Assembly (NCBI RefSeq): GCF_009914755.1
Contig: NC_060928.1
Length of the DNA: 64,000 bases
Reading direction: 5' to 3' (one strand)
Origin: the human T2T-CHM13v2.0 reference genome, Homo sapiens
The position numbers were made by a program, and so were the translations under genes. Below the pieces are notes generated by a model, which saw only the letters and a program-made list of their open reading frames with translations, had not been told where the DNA came from and did no database searches. Below are positions 1 to 14,494 of this stretch, one piece after another; position 1 is the first letter of the stretch; each line of letters begins with the position of its first letter.

Positions 1-968
1 GCAGGGCTGCAGCGTAAAGGGAATGCTCATACACTGCTGGTAGGAATGCAAGTTAGTTCAGCCACTGTGGAGACCAGTTTGGAGATTTCTCAAATAACTT
101 AAAACTACCAGCCGGGCGTGGTGGCTCATGCATGTAATCCCAGCACTGTGGGAGGCCAAGGTGGGCAGATCACGGGGTTGGGAGTTCAAGACCAGCCTGA
201 CCAACATGGTGAAACCCTGTCTCTACTAAAAATACAAAAATTAGCCAGGCTTGATGGTGCATACCTGTAATCCCAGCTACTCAGGAGGCTGAGGCAGGAT
301 AATCACTTGAACTCAGAAGGTGGAGGTTGCAGTGAGCTGAGATTGCACCAGTGCACTCCAGCCAGGGCGACAGAGCAGGGCTCCGTCACAAAAACAACAA
401 CAACAACAACAATAAAACTGCCACTTGATCCAGCAATCCCATCACTGGGTATATACCCAAAGGAAAATAAATCAATGTACCAAAATGACATAGGAACTTA
501 TATGTTCATTGCAGTACTATTTGCCTTAGCAAAGACATGGAACTAACCCCGTTTCCTATCAAGGGTGCATTGGATAAAGAAAATGTGGTACATATACACT
601 GTGGAAACCATGCATCCATTAAAAAAACCCCAAAATCATGTCTTTTCTAGCAACATGGATGTATTTGGAGGCCATCATCCTAAGCGAACTAATGCAGAAA
701 CAGGAAATCAAATACTGCATGTTCTCACTTACAAGTGGGAGCTAAATATTGGCTATATATGGTCATAAACATGGGAACAGTAGACACTGGGGAATACAAG
801 AGATGAGAGGGAAGCAAGGGTTGAAAAACTACCTATTGGGTACTATGCTCACTTCCTAGGTCACAGGTTCAATCATACTCCAAATCCCAGCATTACACAA
901 TATACTTTTATAACAAATCTGCACATGTGCCCTTAGAAACTAAAAGTTGAAAAAGAAGAAAAAAAAAA
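1..968 (+). mobile_element. L1 (L1PB-like) ORF2 end and 3'UTR, split by an Alu
   Basis: ORF2 C-terminal remnant (LPLDPAIPSLGIYPKE...AKTWN), L1PB-type 3'UTR (aaaactacctattgggtactatgctcac), A-rich tail at ~950-968. Confidence 0.85.
111..413 (+). mobile_element. AluS, full length, (CAA)n tail
   Basis: Dimeric Alu; TSD aaaact(a/g)cca at 101-110 and 414-423. Confidence 0.95.
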
Positions 969-1654
969 TGAGATTTTTTTTCAACTGTGACAAAAGTTGC
1001 TAAGAGTTTTATGAATGAAACTTTTATGAAGTTACCGTGTGCTTCTCATTTTAATTTTGTCTCAGCTTTTACAAAATTTGATTGATCTTGTGTTTACCCT
1101 TGTTGGGATTTTAATTTCCTTCCCATGTTTATTCTATTCATTTTTTCAATATATCATGATTTATTCTTGTTGTTCTTCTGATGTTAATCTTAAACAAAAA
1201 CTGATCCCCTTATAATTACTTTTAAAAATCCACTTCTCCATTTCAGTTTTTTTAATGTAAAACTTATGAACTTTTAATGATTTTTATGATATGCGATCAC
1301 AAGTCAATATATAGAGCTCCTTTTCCATGTAAAAGAGACCGTTGGCTTTCTTCCCATTGTCTAACACTAAAGCAAACCACACCTTCTATTTTTTCTAGTG
1401 GGAAAGGATCTCCCCATCTTTTTAATGATGACTTTTAAAAACAAAACAAAATAATCACCATCACAACAAAACAACCAATCTTATCCATGATATTAAAAAT
1501 AATGGGTTAATTACTAGCTGAGCTAAAATTCTTTCTTGGCCGATTAAATATTTGACATACTGAAATTATTTTTTCTAGATATTCACAACATGTATTGGTG
1601 TAAATAAAGTTTTTTTTTAGTCATTGTTTCGACACATTAAAGAACTGAATTTAA

Positions 1655-2155
<501 letters not shown>

Positions 2156-2967
2156 ACCATTCAATGTTACTACATGCATGTTTCTTTCTGGTCTTCTAAA
2201 TTTGCATATTATAATATTCTTAAAGGAATAAATAGAGTCATACCACATAAGCAATTTTGCTGTCTTCTTGCTTTTGTCGTTTAATATTGCATTGTAAGCA
2301 TATTTACCATTTAACATTAATAATAGTTTTTAAGTGAATAATATTTCATCCTATAGCTGATGTGTAAGTTTAAACATTTTAGTATTATACGACTCTTTCT
2401 TTCAAAATCTTGCATATAATTCACTTTTTTTGGCTATTACCTTAGGAAACATAACAAAAAATAAAATTATTGGATAAAAGCATATAACCATTTTTAAAAC
2501 TCTTGTTATTTATTGCCAAAATGCTTTACCACATCATGTAATGAGCACATGACATCTCTTGTTTCAACCCTAACAAATTAGTCTCTGGTTCTGATTCCTG
2601 GGGTTGGCCTCTCTGTTCATCTTGCTCTATTATTCTTGGTTATCCCCTTTCATACATTCCTTTTTTCATCACCCTCCTTGGCTACTTTTAAAGACATTGC
2701 TCTCTTGGCATTTGAGCAGCTTTCTGAGCCTGCCATCTGCTCTTAGCAAGTTGGGAGTCCCAGAGAGTTTTTATATTTTTAATAGTCTCAGTCTTTTTTA
2801 GTTCAGGCTGCCGATGCTTTTGCCTTTATAGCTTCTTCAAAAATATTGTGGGATTCTCTTTATCTGGTTTCAGTCCATTCCATAAGACAAAAAGCAATGT
2901 CCACTCTTCTTTGGGATATAGCTCTATAAAGGCATAGTTTCTGGTTATTTGGACAATGCACTAAAAT

Positions 2968-3525
2968 ATTATTATTATTATTATTTTAAGTTCTGGAATG
3001 CATGTGCAGGATGTGCAGGTTTGTTACATAGGTAAACAGGTGCCATGGTGGTTTGCTGCACCGATCACTCTATCATCTAGGTATTAGGCCCAGCATACCT
3101 TAGCTATTTTTCCTAATGCTCTCCCTCCCCTCACCCCACCCACAACAGGCCATGGTGTGTGTTTTTCCCCTCCCTGTGTCCATGTATTCTGATTGTTGAG
3201 CTGTCACTTATAAGTGAGAACATGAGGTGTTTGGTTTTCTGTTCCTGCGCTAGTTTGCTGAGGATAATGGCTTCCAGCTCCATCCATGTCCCTGAAAAGA
3301 ACATGATCTTGTTCTTTTTTCATGGCTGCATAGTGGCAATTTCTCAAAGATGTAGAACCAGAAACACAATGTGACCCAGCAATCCCATTATTGGGTATAT
3401 ACCCAAAGGAATATAAATCATTCTGTTACAAAGACACATGCATGCATGTGTTCGTTGCAGCACTACTCACAACAGCAAATACATGGAATCAACCCAAATG
3501 CCCATCAATGACAGACTGGATAAAA
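2968..3525 (-). mobile_element. 5'-truncated, 5'-inverted L1PA (twin-priming structure)
   Basis: Minus-strand L1PA 3' end at 2968-3334 with (ATT)n tail, joined to a plus-strand ORF2-end segment at ~3335-3525 that lies just upstream in the L1 consensus. Confidence 0.85.
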
Positions 3526-5043
3526 TCATAAGTTATGTGGCCAACCCCGGAATAAGAAAGGGAGGACACTAGTAAGTTATATGGTGAAAGGCAAGGCTAT
3601 AAGGAGGATAAATATGTGGGGATATTTTTACTATCTACCACACTATAGAAGAAGGAAAAATGATATTGGAGTATAACCAGCAATCTCTGCTGTAGCTCTG
3701 TATGAAATTCTTAAGCCACAAGCTAATTTTGTTTCTAAAATTCTATATAAATTGTTTCATGTATGCCTAACATTTAGTATCGCAGATGACAAGCATTGGG
3801 GTTAGCTAGATTTGGCTTTTAGGTAACAATTTTTATGTACCTTTCTCTTTTTTTTTTTTTAACTTGCAATGTACAGCTTTTTTTTTTTTTTTTTTTTTTT
3901 TTTGTCTTACGTAGCTGTAGCTCTTTTATGTAGTTAAAGATGAAGCATGAAGAGTGTTTTAAATCAGTGTACTTGAAAAGTTTAGGGAAGTTTAGAATAT
4001 TGTTTTTCAAATTATATCTTTATGAGAAGGTTCTGTTTGGAACTAAAAATGTAATTAATAGATAAAGTTATAATAAGATTTTTTATTTCTTACTCAGTGG
4101 GCATTATTTGTTTATGTTAATCAAAGTATTTGACCAAATTATCTAAGCTGTTGAATTTTTTAGCATACAGTTGTTCAAAACATTCCCATATTTTCCCTTG
4201 ATTGCCTGCGTAAGCAATTGGGATATCTCCTTTTTCATTCCCAATATTTTGAATTATTTGATCAGTAATATTTCTTATCAATTTGGCTAAGGATTTATCA
4301 ATTTTATTGCTCTATTAAAAGAACCACCTTCGGTTGTATTAATTTTCTTGAGCGTGTATATATATATATATATATATACTCAATTTCATTATATTTTCCC
4401 TTATCTTTATATCCTCCCTTCTGCCTATTTTCAGCTTTATATACTTTTTTTTTGGTAAAGTGGAAGCTTAGATTTTGATTTGAGACCTAATTTTCCAACA
4501 TAGATATTTAATGGATAAATTTCCTTTGACGATTTTACTATGTCTCACAAATTTTGGTATGTACGGTTTTCTTTGAGTTAAATGTAGTTCAAAATATTTT
4601 CTAAATTATATTTTAATTTGTTCTTTGCCTCATAAATTATTTGAAAGTATATTGATTAATTTCTAATTATTTAGTAATTCAGTTATCTTTATGGTATTGA
4701 GTTCTAGTTTAATCCCAGTGAGTTCACAAAACATACTTTGTAAGATTTCAGTCCTTTGACATGTATTGAGATTTGTTTTATGGTCCAGGCTATTGTCTGT
4801 ATTGGTAAATGTTTTATGTACACTTGAAAAGAATGTATATACTCATGTTACTGGGTACATCTTTCTTTGTTCCTCCCTCCCGCCTTTCCTCCCTCCCTCC
4901 CTCCCTCTCTCCTTCCTTCCTTCCTTCCTGCCATCAAGATTCACTCTTCATTTTGGCTTTCAGCAATTTGATGTATCCAGGTGTGTTTTTCTTTGTATTT
5001 ATTGTGCTTGGGATTCTCTGAGCTTCTTTCTTGAATCTCTGGT

Positions 5044-5203
5044 TTGTTTTTATTTTTATTTTTTGTTTGTTTGTTTTCAGAGAAAGGCTCTCACATTGTT
5101 ACCCAGGCTGGAGTGGAGAGGTGCCATCATAGCTCATTGTAGACTCCAACCCCTGACCTCAAGCTGTCCTCCTGCCTCAGCCTCTCAGTTAGCTGGGACT
5201 GCA
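5044..5203 (-). mobile_element. AluJ/FRAM right monomer
   Basis: T-rich tail followed by acccaggctggagtgg...cctcagcctctcagttagctgggact. Confidence 0.8.
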
Positions 5204-5404
5204 AGTGATCATTTTCTAATTGAGGGAATAGACAGCCATTATGTCTTCATAAGTTTCTCCTACTCCACTTTTCTATCTTTCCAGCATTCCAGTGACATAT
5301 ATTGTAGACACTTTGATATTCTCACAGGTCTTAGATGCTCTGCTCCTTTTTACTTTTTATTTTTTCATTTTCTGCTGTTGCTGATTTTTTTGTTGTTGTT
5401 TGTA

Positions 5405-5745
5405 TAGTCATACACTGCAGAATGACATTTTGGTCAACAACAAACCATGTGTATGACAGTGGTCCCATAAGATTATAATACTATATTTTTACTGTACCTT
5501 TTCTATATTTAGATATGTTTGGATATATAAATTCCATGGTGTCACACTTCCTTACATTGTTCATTATTGTCACCTGCTATACAGGTTTGAAGCCTAGGAG
5601 CAATAAGTTATAACATACATCCCAGGTGTGTAGTAGGCTATTACATCTAGGTTTAGGTAAGTGCACTCTGTGATCTCACAATGACAAAATTGCCTAACGA
5701 TGCATTTCTCAGAACATATCTCTGTCTCTAACCAATACAAGACCG
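5405..5745. mobile_element. Tigger3a (MER7-type) DNA transposon
   Basis: ~340 bp; degenerate cagtcatg...catgactg ends, TA on both sides, diagnostic ggtcccataagattata. Confidence 0.8.
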
Positions 5746-5875
5746 TATTTCAGTTTGAATAATTTCTATTAATCTAACTCAATTTCACTAATTCTTTCCA
5801 CTGCTATGCCAAGCTTTATAATAAACCTGTTAATATATTTATCATCTCTGATTTTTTTCTAACATTTCCATTTGA

Positions 5876-6027
5876 ATTATTTTATTTTTTATGATTTGTA
5901 GAGAAAAGGTTTTGCTATATTGCCCAAGCTGGTCTTGAACTCCTGGGTTCAAGTGATCCTCCCACTTCAGCCTCCCGAAGTGCTGCGGTTACAGGCATGA
6001 GGCAGATTACTCACCATGCCTGATCTG
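5876..6027 (-). mobile_element. FLAM / AluJ left monomer
   Basis: gctggtcttgaactcctgggttcaagtgatcctcccac...ttacaggcatga. Confidence 0.75.
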
Positions 6028-6486
6028 ACTTATTTTTTAATACTTGCTATTTCTTTGCTGAAATTCACCACCTGTTAAGGGATTTTTCCACTTTTTTTCA
6101 TTAGATTATTTGAATGTTAATCACAGTTATCTTAAAGTCCTTGTTTCATAGTTTGAACCCCTGGGGTATCTCTCATCTGGTTTTGTAGATGGTTTTATTT
6201 CTTAAAAATTGATACTATTTGTTCCATTTTATATGTCTCATAATAGTTAATTGAAAACTGGATGATATGTGTAAAATAAAAGTAGAATGTGAGGTAAAAA
6301 TATTTATGACTGGCAGGGGGTACGCCTCTTCTTCTCAGGATATTACTATGGTTAGTTGTGTTAAACTAGTCAGCAGTTGAGCTGGAGCTGGGTTGGGGTT
6401 TTGTTCTTGGTATACCTACCCTTAGCGTATTAAGAAATTCAAATTCTTCTAGTAGTGGGCCACTGCTACCTTGTGCTTAGTGTGGG

Positions 6487-6932
6487 TGTATTAATTTTCT
6501 AGGACGGATGTAAAATAATACCACAAACTGAATGACTCTTATAACAGAATTTTACTGTCTATAGTTCTGGAGGCTAGAAGCCTGCCATGTTCCCTCTGAA
6601 AGCACTGGAAAGGACCTGTTCCACTTCTCTTTCTTAGCTTCTGATAGTTCCTTGGCTTATGGTAACATAATTCCAGTCTTTACATGGTGGTCTGTCCTCA
6701 TAGGTGTCTATCTTCAAATTTCCCCTTTTCATAAGGTTATTAGTTATTTATATTTATTTCTATTTCATAAGGTTATTAGCAAGATTAGGAACTCTTGCTA
6801 AAGTATAATGTCACCTTATCTTAACTAAACATGTCTGTAACAACCCTATTTTCCAATTATGTCACTTTCTGAGATAGGTAGGGTAGGGATTCAACGTTTG
6901 AGTTTTGGTGGGATATAATTTAAACCATAACA
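6487..6932 (-). mobile_element. MLT1 (B/C-like) MaLR solo LTR
   Basis: TG...CA ends, ataccacaaactg/agttctggaggctagaag motifs, TSD gtggg/gtgga. Confidence 0.8.
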
Positions 6933-6973
6933 GTGGATATGGGAGTGAGAGACAGTGGATATGGGAGTGAGAG
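6930..6973. repeat. Perfect 22-bp tandem duplication
   Basis: acagtggatatgggagtgagag x2 (6930-6951, 6952-6973), spanning the LTR end. Confidence 0.95.
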
Positions 6974-9900
6974 GTGGTTTTACTCTGTGCTCCCACCTCT
7001 GCTTTCAGCAAGTCCTACACACCTGTGTACACAGAGTTCTCTCTGTGTGCTCCTGGCTCTTCAGAAGAGGTAGATTGCTGTTGCTTATTATTTGATGCAA
7101 GGCTTGTTTAAGGGGCAGGTGTGTTTCTCTTTTCTGCTGCTCCTGCCACAGTCTTAGGCAGGTCTTGTGTGACTGACACTCAGGAGTGAGGCATCTCTGA
7201 ATTCTTGCTCCTTCCCTCATGGCAGACAAACTCTCTCTTATATATAATGCAGGGTTTATATAGCAGCTGTGTTTCTCACTCTTCCACCCATGGCATCCAA
7301 ACTCTCCCTTGTGTCACAGAAAAATCTTGGCTGTGAGTGAATTTCCTGCCTTTGCTCCAGTCGCAACAGCTTTTTTGTTTTATCCATGCAGGGTTCTGGG
7401 GCACAAGCAGATTTTCTGCATGTCCAGTAGGAGATGGCTTTGACCTGTTATTTCAGGGTGGAACTGGGGGGAAGTGACAGGTTTTTCTATCTCTCTCAGA
7501 GGCATTCAACCTTTGTCTGGATCCTAGGGTGAAAGGATATTCACTCTTACTTCAATCAGCAGATAGCGTTAGCTTCTACCACTCACATCAGTGGAAGCCA
7601 GTTTTTGCCTTGGACCTGGGAAAGGGAGGATTTCCTTCCCCCTCCCACTGCTATAGTCAACTTTTCCTGTCAAAGTATGATTAGGTTCCTGAAAAGAGTG
7701 GATAATTTGCCCCCCCACCACTAAAAGCAGCTTTCTTTTGTTTTGTTTCAGAAAGGGGTCCGGCAGGTTTCTACCCTGTTCCTGGGGAGCAGCTTATCAC
7801 CACCTTGCATTTATGGGCAGCCTGAGCCATTGATGTCCTTCTCTAGGTATGACCATTCCGTTCTCAAACCTTGGCAGGCCCTGTAAGCCAGTGTCACGAA
7901 GGGAGTTCACTCAGTTTCTTTCCCTCTCATGATAGAGGCCTCTAGAAAAGGGCTGCAGAATGGAAACAAACTCTTTGTATATGGGGCTCTCATGTATTCT
8001 TTATGGTCACTTTAGCCCGTGGAAGGGTTTGTCACCCTTTGGAATTAGGTTTTCCTTATTATCTTGCAACCTCAGTTCCCTGATGAGCTAAAAAAAAAGG
8101 ATTACAGGTTTTCCAGACTTTTCTCATAGTTAGGTTTGGAGTGATGTTCTGTTTCACATTTAATATCTTAAGTGTTGGTAGAACCCTTTCTAATTATATC
8201 CTCTTGAATTCTTCTTCCATTCAGTATTTTTGGCTCATTCCTTATAAACACTTAGTTTTTATATCAGATTTCCATTCTCTGTCTTTCAGAGTTCTTATAT
8301 TTTCTTTCAAAATCTTTCTTCTTCATTTCTTCTGTGTTTTCTACTTCAGATCTTTGATGATGATTTCTTGTCAATAATTTTCTTACTGCTTCATGGGTAT
8401 TTCAAGATTTGGCTTTCATCCTTCCTCAAGACAAACTGCTATCTTCTAAGTCCAGAGTATTGTCTTTGAATCTCATATGTTGGCTTGCCTTTGTGTATAA
8501 TTCTTCCTGCTTCTTACTTCTATTTCATAGCAGTCATATCTCCTTATAACATATTGAGGACAATTTTAAAAGTTTTCTAACATTTGTTAAGGTTACACTA
8601 TAACATTTCTTCCTGATAAAAAACTTTTCTTTTGAGTTTCTAGATGATGTTCTTTTTACTTTATGCTGTAGACTTTTTTTTTTGATATCCCCAAATTTGT
8701 TTGTTTTGAAACTATTTTTGTTTAGAATTCACATTTGCACTCAGGAAACATGCATGTGACCCATAGTTTTCTTACTGTTCTTTACGATTTTGGTAAATTC
8801 GTCATTGTATTGCTACCACTAGAAGGCAAGCTGTATTACACAAATACTAGGACAATTTCTAGCTTATATAACATGCAAAAATTTCATTTGGCGTTAATTG
8901 ACAGAGGCTATGTCTTTCCTGATGTTTTCAGATTAGTTTATTTAAATCAACTGACTACATGGAATATGAAAATCTCCCAAATAAATAGCCTTTTGTTTTC
9001 TTTTGTTTCTTTTCTTTTTTTTTCCTTTTATCTTCTTCTTTAGTGCTTTACTTTTGGGGAACTATGCTACCCAGGAGGCACTGTGTTCTATAATTTAGAG
9101 TGTTGACTGAGAATGAAAGCTTCCAAATAAATATAGAAAGAAAGATTCTGCTAATAGTTAGGAAATGGTTATGAGTTATTCCGGCCAACACCAAAATACA
9201 TCTACACGGATGATTACAGTTCTGCTGCCTTCTGATCAAGAAATTAACTGTGGACTGGAGCCACTTCCTGCCTACCTACTTCTGAGAAACAGCAAGTTTG
9301 TGTTGTTTCACTTGATAGAGCCACAAATGTGGTTTAATTAATTGAATTTGCCAATGAAGCTCCATGGCTTTGATTACTTTAAGTTCCTCTTTAATTTTGG
9401 CAGTAAGCTTAGTGATTTGGTTTTGACATCATTATGTAAAATTATTTTCTCCTTTCCACTTACAGGCATCTAGGGGAAAGTTAAAAAGTTGGATCAGAGA
9501 CTGCTAGTCAGACTTCATTTTTAACCTGAAAACGTAACATCAAGTTTCCAAAAAAATGACATATATTCTATGGCCATCATATTGATGCTAAAATTGGTGA
9601 TTTTTGAGAAAGTAACCAAACAGCTGTTTATTACAGATATGGCGTAGGAGGTATATGGTGCTTAATCATTTAACTGCATCTGTAGTTTAATCAATTGTTG
9701 TCATATATTTACTGAGTGCCTAGCAGGCAGTCTGAGCTATCGAACCTCCACTGTGGCATCACACTACGAATTTCAGAGTTTTGAATTTGACAGAGCATTC
9801 TTAAAGCAACCCTCTTTAAATTGGACTTACAGGCTGTTACCTAGTTAGATAAAATATAACTTTTGTCAATTCTAATCTGCACTAGGAAAGACCATCTAAA

Positions 9901-11517
9901 TTAAAATCAAACAAAAATGGTGTGCTCATTTCCCTTTCAATCTTTCTTCCAATTTAGAATATATTTCACTCTCTAAGTCTGGAAGATACATAACATAGCT
10001 CTGTGCTGTGATGCTAGGTTATCTGTTCTACATTTCTAGAGACAGTCCAGTTGGATCTGAGTTCTTTGATTTTTCATTGGACTTGCTAGAGATAGATAGT
10101 CAAGGGGAACTAAAATCCCCCATCGAAAAGCAGTGAAAAACAGTTCAAAAAGTAATAAACATAATAGATCTGAATCATAAACTGGAGCAACCTGGTAGAC
10201 ATGGGGGCTTTCAGAATAAACCAGACCTAGCATGTGAAAACCTTCATACATTTTAAAGTTCGAGGTAAGTGAAGTAGGGTTAGTTGCTAAAGCAAATACT
10301 CGTTCCCAAAATTCTTAGGTTATTAATACCTGCACAGACACTGTCCCCATTTCCCACTCTTTTAAATGAGATTAATCTAGAATGTGAAGAATTAAATAAA
10401 TAGCACTACCATAGCTGGTTATTGGTAGAGTCACATTTTGCCCTCAGGTCTTCATGAGTGCAAGTACTGTGCTCTTTCTCTTCTATTCTTCTGCCAACAA
10501 TGCTTAGGATTTCAATTACATTTTCAAGTTACAAAGGTCTAGGTTGACTTCTCAAAGGTTAACGTCTAGCTGGAAGACTTGGATATATAAACAGCAAATT
10601 TGTATAAAAGGTGGACTATGAAAGGAATCATTCTACTAAGGGGGAGAAATCTTATAGCAGAGCATATTCATGACTGGGGCAGTTGGGTAGGTCTTTGAGA
10701 TTTGGAAGAAAACGTTTAAGATTTGCAGTAAGTGCTGGGTGATCTGAGAGTCTCAAGAATGGATCCAAACACTAAGAAACAACAAAAACAAAAATATTTA
10801 GATTTATAAGTTGAAACAGAAAATGTCATGCTAAATTATTTTCTGGACTAAGATTAAATATACAGTCTTTATATTCTGTGTTATTTCTGTTTTCACTTCA
10901 GATATACAGCCATGTTGTAGCATTTTAAACATTTAGGTAACTTGGTGAACTCAGTTAAAGGAATGGCATCTACCTGGAGCAGTCTAAACATGGAATGTGT
11001 GTGGAAGTTACTTAAACTGTCTTAAAAGGTCACTCGGCATTTGCAGCTTACAAGATTTCAGGAGTTAGAGGCAGTGACTAACATCTTAGTTCTTATACAG
11101 ACATCAACAGCCTAATTCTACTACAAAGTTACAAAATATCTTTGATGTTCTGAAGCAATGTTTATAAATATTTTTTAAACTTTAAAATATTTATTACTCA
11201 AAGGAAAGGATGGGGAAGGAGCTTTAAGAAAGGAGGTTAGTAATGAACTGTAGGGTAGACTACAAAATTGATGACAAATGCTTTTGGAACAATAAATTCA
11301 TCTTTATGCTAAAATGAATAGGTTCAATTTTAGGTGTATTTGAACATAAGTCTGTAGCTCGGTTGTGAACGATCAGGTTAAAACGTTTGGATTTTTCATT
11401 AGGTGATTGGGAACAATAAAACATTTGAGCAGTTAAAGGGAGAGTTCAAGTAGTATTACAAGAGGTTAAAACTGGCAGGGGTGCATTCTATCAGAGGAAA
11501 GAAAGCCTAAAGGCAGA

Positions 11518-11978
11518 CTATTAGTCAGTTTTTGTTATATAACAAAAAGCCTCAAAATATCAGTGGCTCAAAACAATACACATTTATAGCTTCTCTTTCA
11601 TAGTTTTGTAGGTCAGCTGAGGCAGCTTGTTTTCAGATTGCAAATCTTCTGGGCTTGCTATTGACTGCAGGTTGGGTTCAGATTTGCTCTACAGTGTCTC
11701 ATCCTGGGACCAGGGTTTACAAGGGACATTTTTTTTTTTCTCATGGCAATGACACAAGCACAAGAAAAAACACCTGCTGACTCTTAAAGCCTCAGTGGAG
11801 AAGTAGTTATTGTCACTTCCTTTCACCTTTCATTGGTCAAGCTAAGCATCAATGGGGTGGGAAAATATTCTTTGCTCATTCTGGTGGTACTACAATGTCA
11901 CATGGCAGAGGGTGTGGCAGCATAATTGTGATCCAGAGAGGGACTGAAGAATTGGGAACAAGGATTAAATCTACCACA
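11518..11978 (-). mobile_element. Old MLT1 (J/K-like) LTR within L2/MIR remnants
   Basis: cagtggctcaaaacaatacacattt...cattggtcaagc...aatctaccaca. Confidence 0.6.
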
Positions 11979-13945
11979 TAGAAAGAGACTGTTTGGGGAC
12001 CTACTGCAGCAATCTAGATTTGTGGTGATGAGAGCCTTGACTAGTGTAGTGACAGAAGAAATTAATATCGATAGAAAGGGAAGAATTCAAGAGGTATTCC
12101 TAGCAAAGAAGGAAGAGGATTTGCTGCCTGACCTGGTGTCAGGAATGTGGGAAAATGACTTCAAATCAATACAAAGTTCCAAGAGTAAGTGACTGAGCAG
12201 ATGGCTGAGGATAAGTAATTTGTCTTAAAGACATGAAATTAGAAAGTTGAAGAAATGACTCTGAAGGTCAAGTTTAACTATCTCCAAAACCCATAATTTC
12301 TAACACCATGTTGTATTGCTACAAGTCACATTATTGCCAGAAATAAAGCACAATGTGGGTCACGTGTGGGGAATTGGACGTGTCATTATTGCTCTTAATT
12401 GGATCTGTTGGTTGACTTCCTCCTAGTACCTATTGGGATCCGAAAATGTCAAGCTAAAGTTTTAAGAATCAAATTCACATATTCTCTTTCAGAAATAGCT
12501 GGTTTTAGACATTTCAAAACAGCTGGAGATTATAAAGCTTCCCTAAGATAATTTTAGCTTTGTCTGTTTGAACCCAATTCTATGGAATTAATTTTTTGAA
12601 TTAGACAATTTAACTTATTTATTGGTTTTGTGGGCTATTCTTTTTACAGCTTCTTTATATTGTGATCTTTCGGTGTATCAGTTTTTTTCTGTCTCCAAGC
12701 TAATTATGTATGCGTGTAAATAAGAAAAAAATTGAGAAAGATAATAATATGTAGTATGAAAACATTGAAAGGATTATTGCAAACATGAGGATAATTATTA
12801 TTATTTAAATGGCTCAGAATATACTATGACAAATATAAAAAATAAGCAGTGGAAATTTTAAAAAATGTTAAATAGATCTTTAGACTTTATCAATTAACAA
12901 AATTTTCAACAAAATCAAATGGATTGACTATATTTTGTTTATATTTACACATGATATTAATAGCTAGTTAAGCAAATTTACACTAATTCTTTATAACATA
13001 GAAGCTATTATGGCTAAGAAGCAGAATTTGGATAATTTAATGAAAAAAAAACCCACTAGTAACATCGTATGACATCAAGTGGAGAAATCGATAGGTTTCT
13101 TAAATGTGTTTGTCAATATTCATTTTGATGTTGTATTGCTACAGTCTAGCACTACAGCAAAAACGTTTCTGTGTGTTTTTCTCCTCTCTTTGAGACCGTT
13201 TAACATCCATTGCTCTGCTTCCCAATAACTAAAATATAATAAAATAGAAAAAGAGAAATACTTTAGCATTTTTCCAGAATACTACATCTATGACTCTTTT
13301 TACTTATCTTTAGTATCTCACATAAAGGAAGACTACATATATGATAAGCATAAATAAACGATCAGTAGAAGGAAAAAAATATATTAGAATAAAAGAGTAA
13401 TTACAAAAAATACTTTTCTTGAAAAATACAATTAAATATATTCACCACTATTTGCATTGCTGTCCTCAAATCAAAATTTGGAAGAGTAAAATGCAGAACT
13501 AAATGAAACTGTAACTGGAAATTCAAATATTTTTTCAGGCACAGAGACCTTAACTTATAACAATATAAATTGTTGTGTGGCTTGGACTTAAATTCTAAAG
13601 TCAAACTCAGGAAGTTTGAATCCTTTTCCAGTGAAGCTGATTTTATAACTTAACCCTTGATATTTCCTTATAAGGAGGGGTGAAATACTTAAAAGAATTG
13701 AACCAAAAGAGCATAAATTCATTGTCCTCAAAATGACAGTAAGTGTTATATTTACACATGGGTAAAGCCTAAAAATTCTTTAACTCACCACTGATCACAA
13801 TATGAAGTTGAGTTTAAAGAGAAAGAGATAAAAAGAGATTCTGCATTTTAAAAGCAGTTATAGTTTTTCTTGATTCCTTGGCAATTCCAGTGGATCAGTA
13901 GCGGAAAGAGAGACAGATGTACTCGGAATTTTCAGAGTTGTGTAC

Positions 13946-14494
13946 TGTTACTGGTGGTGGAATCTCAACCCTCAAAGAGTGTGAAATGGGCTTGGACAAG
14001 GCAGTTTACTGAGGCTTTCAGCTGTAGCAGAAAGGGAGACAGCAGGAAGGGACATGCTGCCGGCTCCCCAAAAGCAAGTTAGTCTGGTTTTTATGCTTTC
14101 TTGAATGTTTTCCAGGTGACATCATTGCATGTTTGGGGTGATCTGTTGGTTGCACCTTCACAGTCTTGTGTCATGCTTCTTCATGCATTGCATGTTTCAT
14201 TAGCATCTTAAATTTCCACCCAGGGATGTGATTTTGACTATTAAAATGAAGCAAAGGTTAGGTTAGGACAAGCTATGATATTACATTGCTTGTGTACTTG
14301 TGAAGGGTCTCTTGGAAAATCCCTATGGTTGATGGCCAGGATGTTTGTCTTTAGAGTGCTCTGTTTCTTTCATGTCTGATTGGTTGATTCGATGAGAGGA
14401 AGTGTTTGTGGCTACAAGTCCGTGAGACTGGCACAACCAGGAGCATGTAAGAAAAATGGGGAGGGGTCCTGGTCCCACTTTCCCCATCTGTCTC
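13946..14494 (-). mobile_element. Probable ERV-class solo LTR, family unassigned
   Basis: Starts tgttac, ends tgtctca; composition shifts relative to AT-rich flanks; no clear TSD. Confidence 0.4.

Larger units (their letters stand above)
3960..8180 (-). mobile_element. Old degraded L1M fragments with younger insertions
   Basis: T-rich antisense L1-like sequence; boundaries approximate; interrupted by Alu arms, Tigger3 and MLT1. Confidence 0.5.

Noticed and set aside
4766-5407. 213-aa hydrophobic ORF
   Set aside because: Composite of antisense L1, CT repeat and Alu arm; non-ATG start.
10261-10942. Plus-strand splice-like signals (gag|gtaagt at 10265; 35-nt candidate exon 10902-10936)
   Set aside because: Isolated, with no coding frame or partner exons; within chance expectation.
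12309-13143. 16-bp repeat atgttgtattgctaca at two sites ~820 bp apart
   Set aside because: Short and AT-rich with no associated structure; cannot be distinguished from chance.
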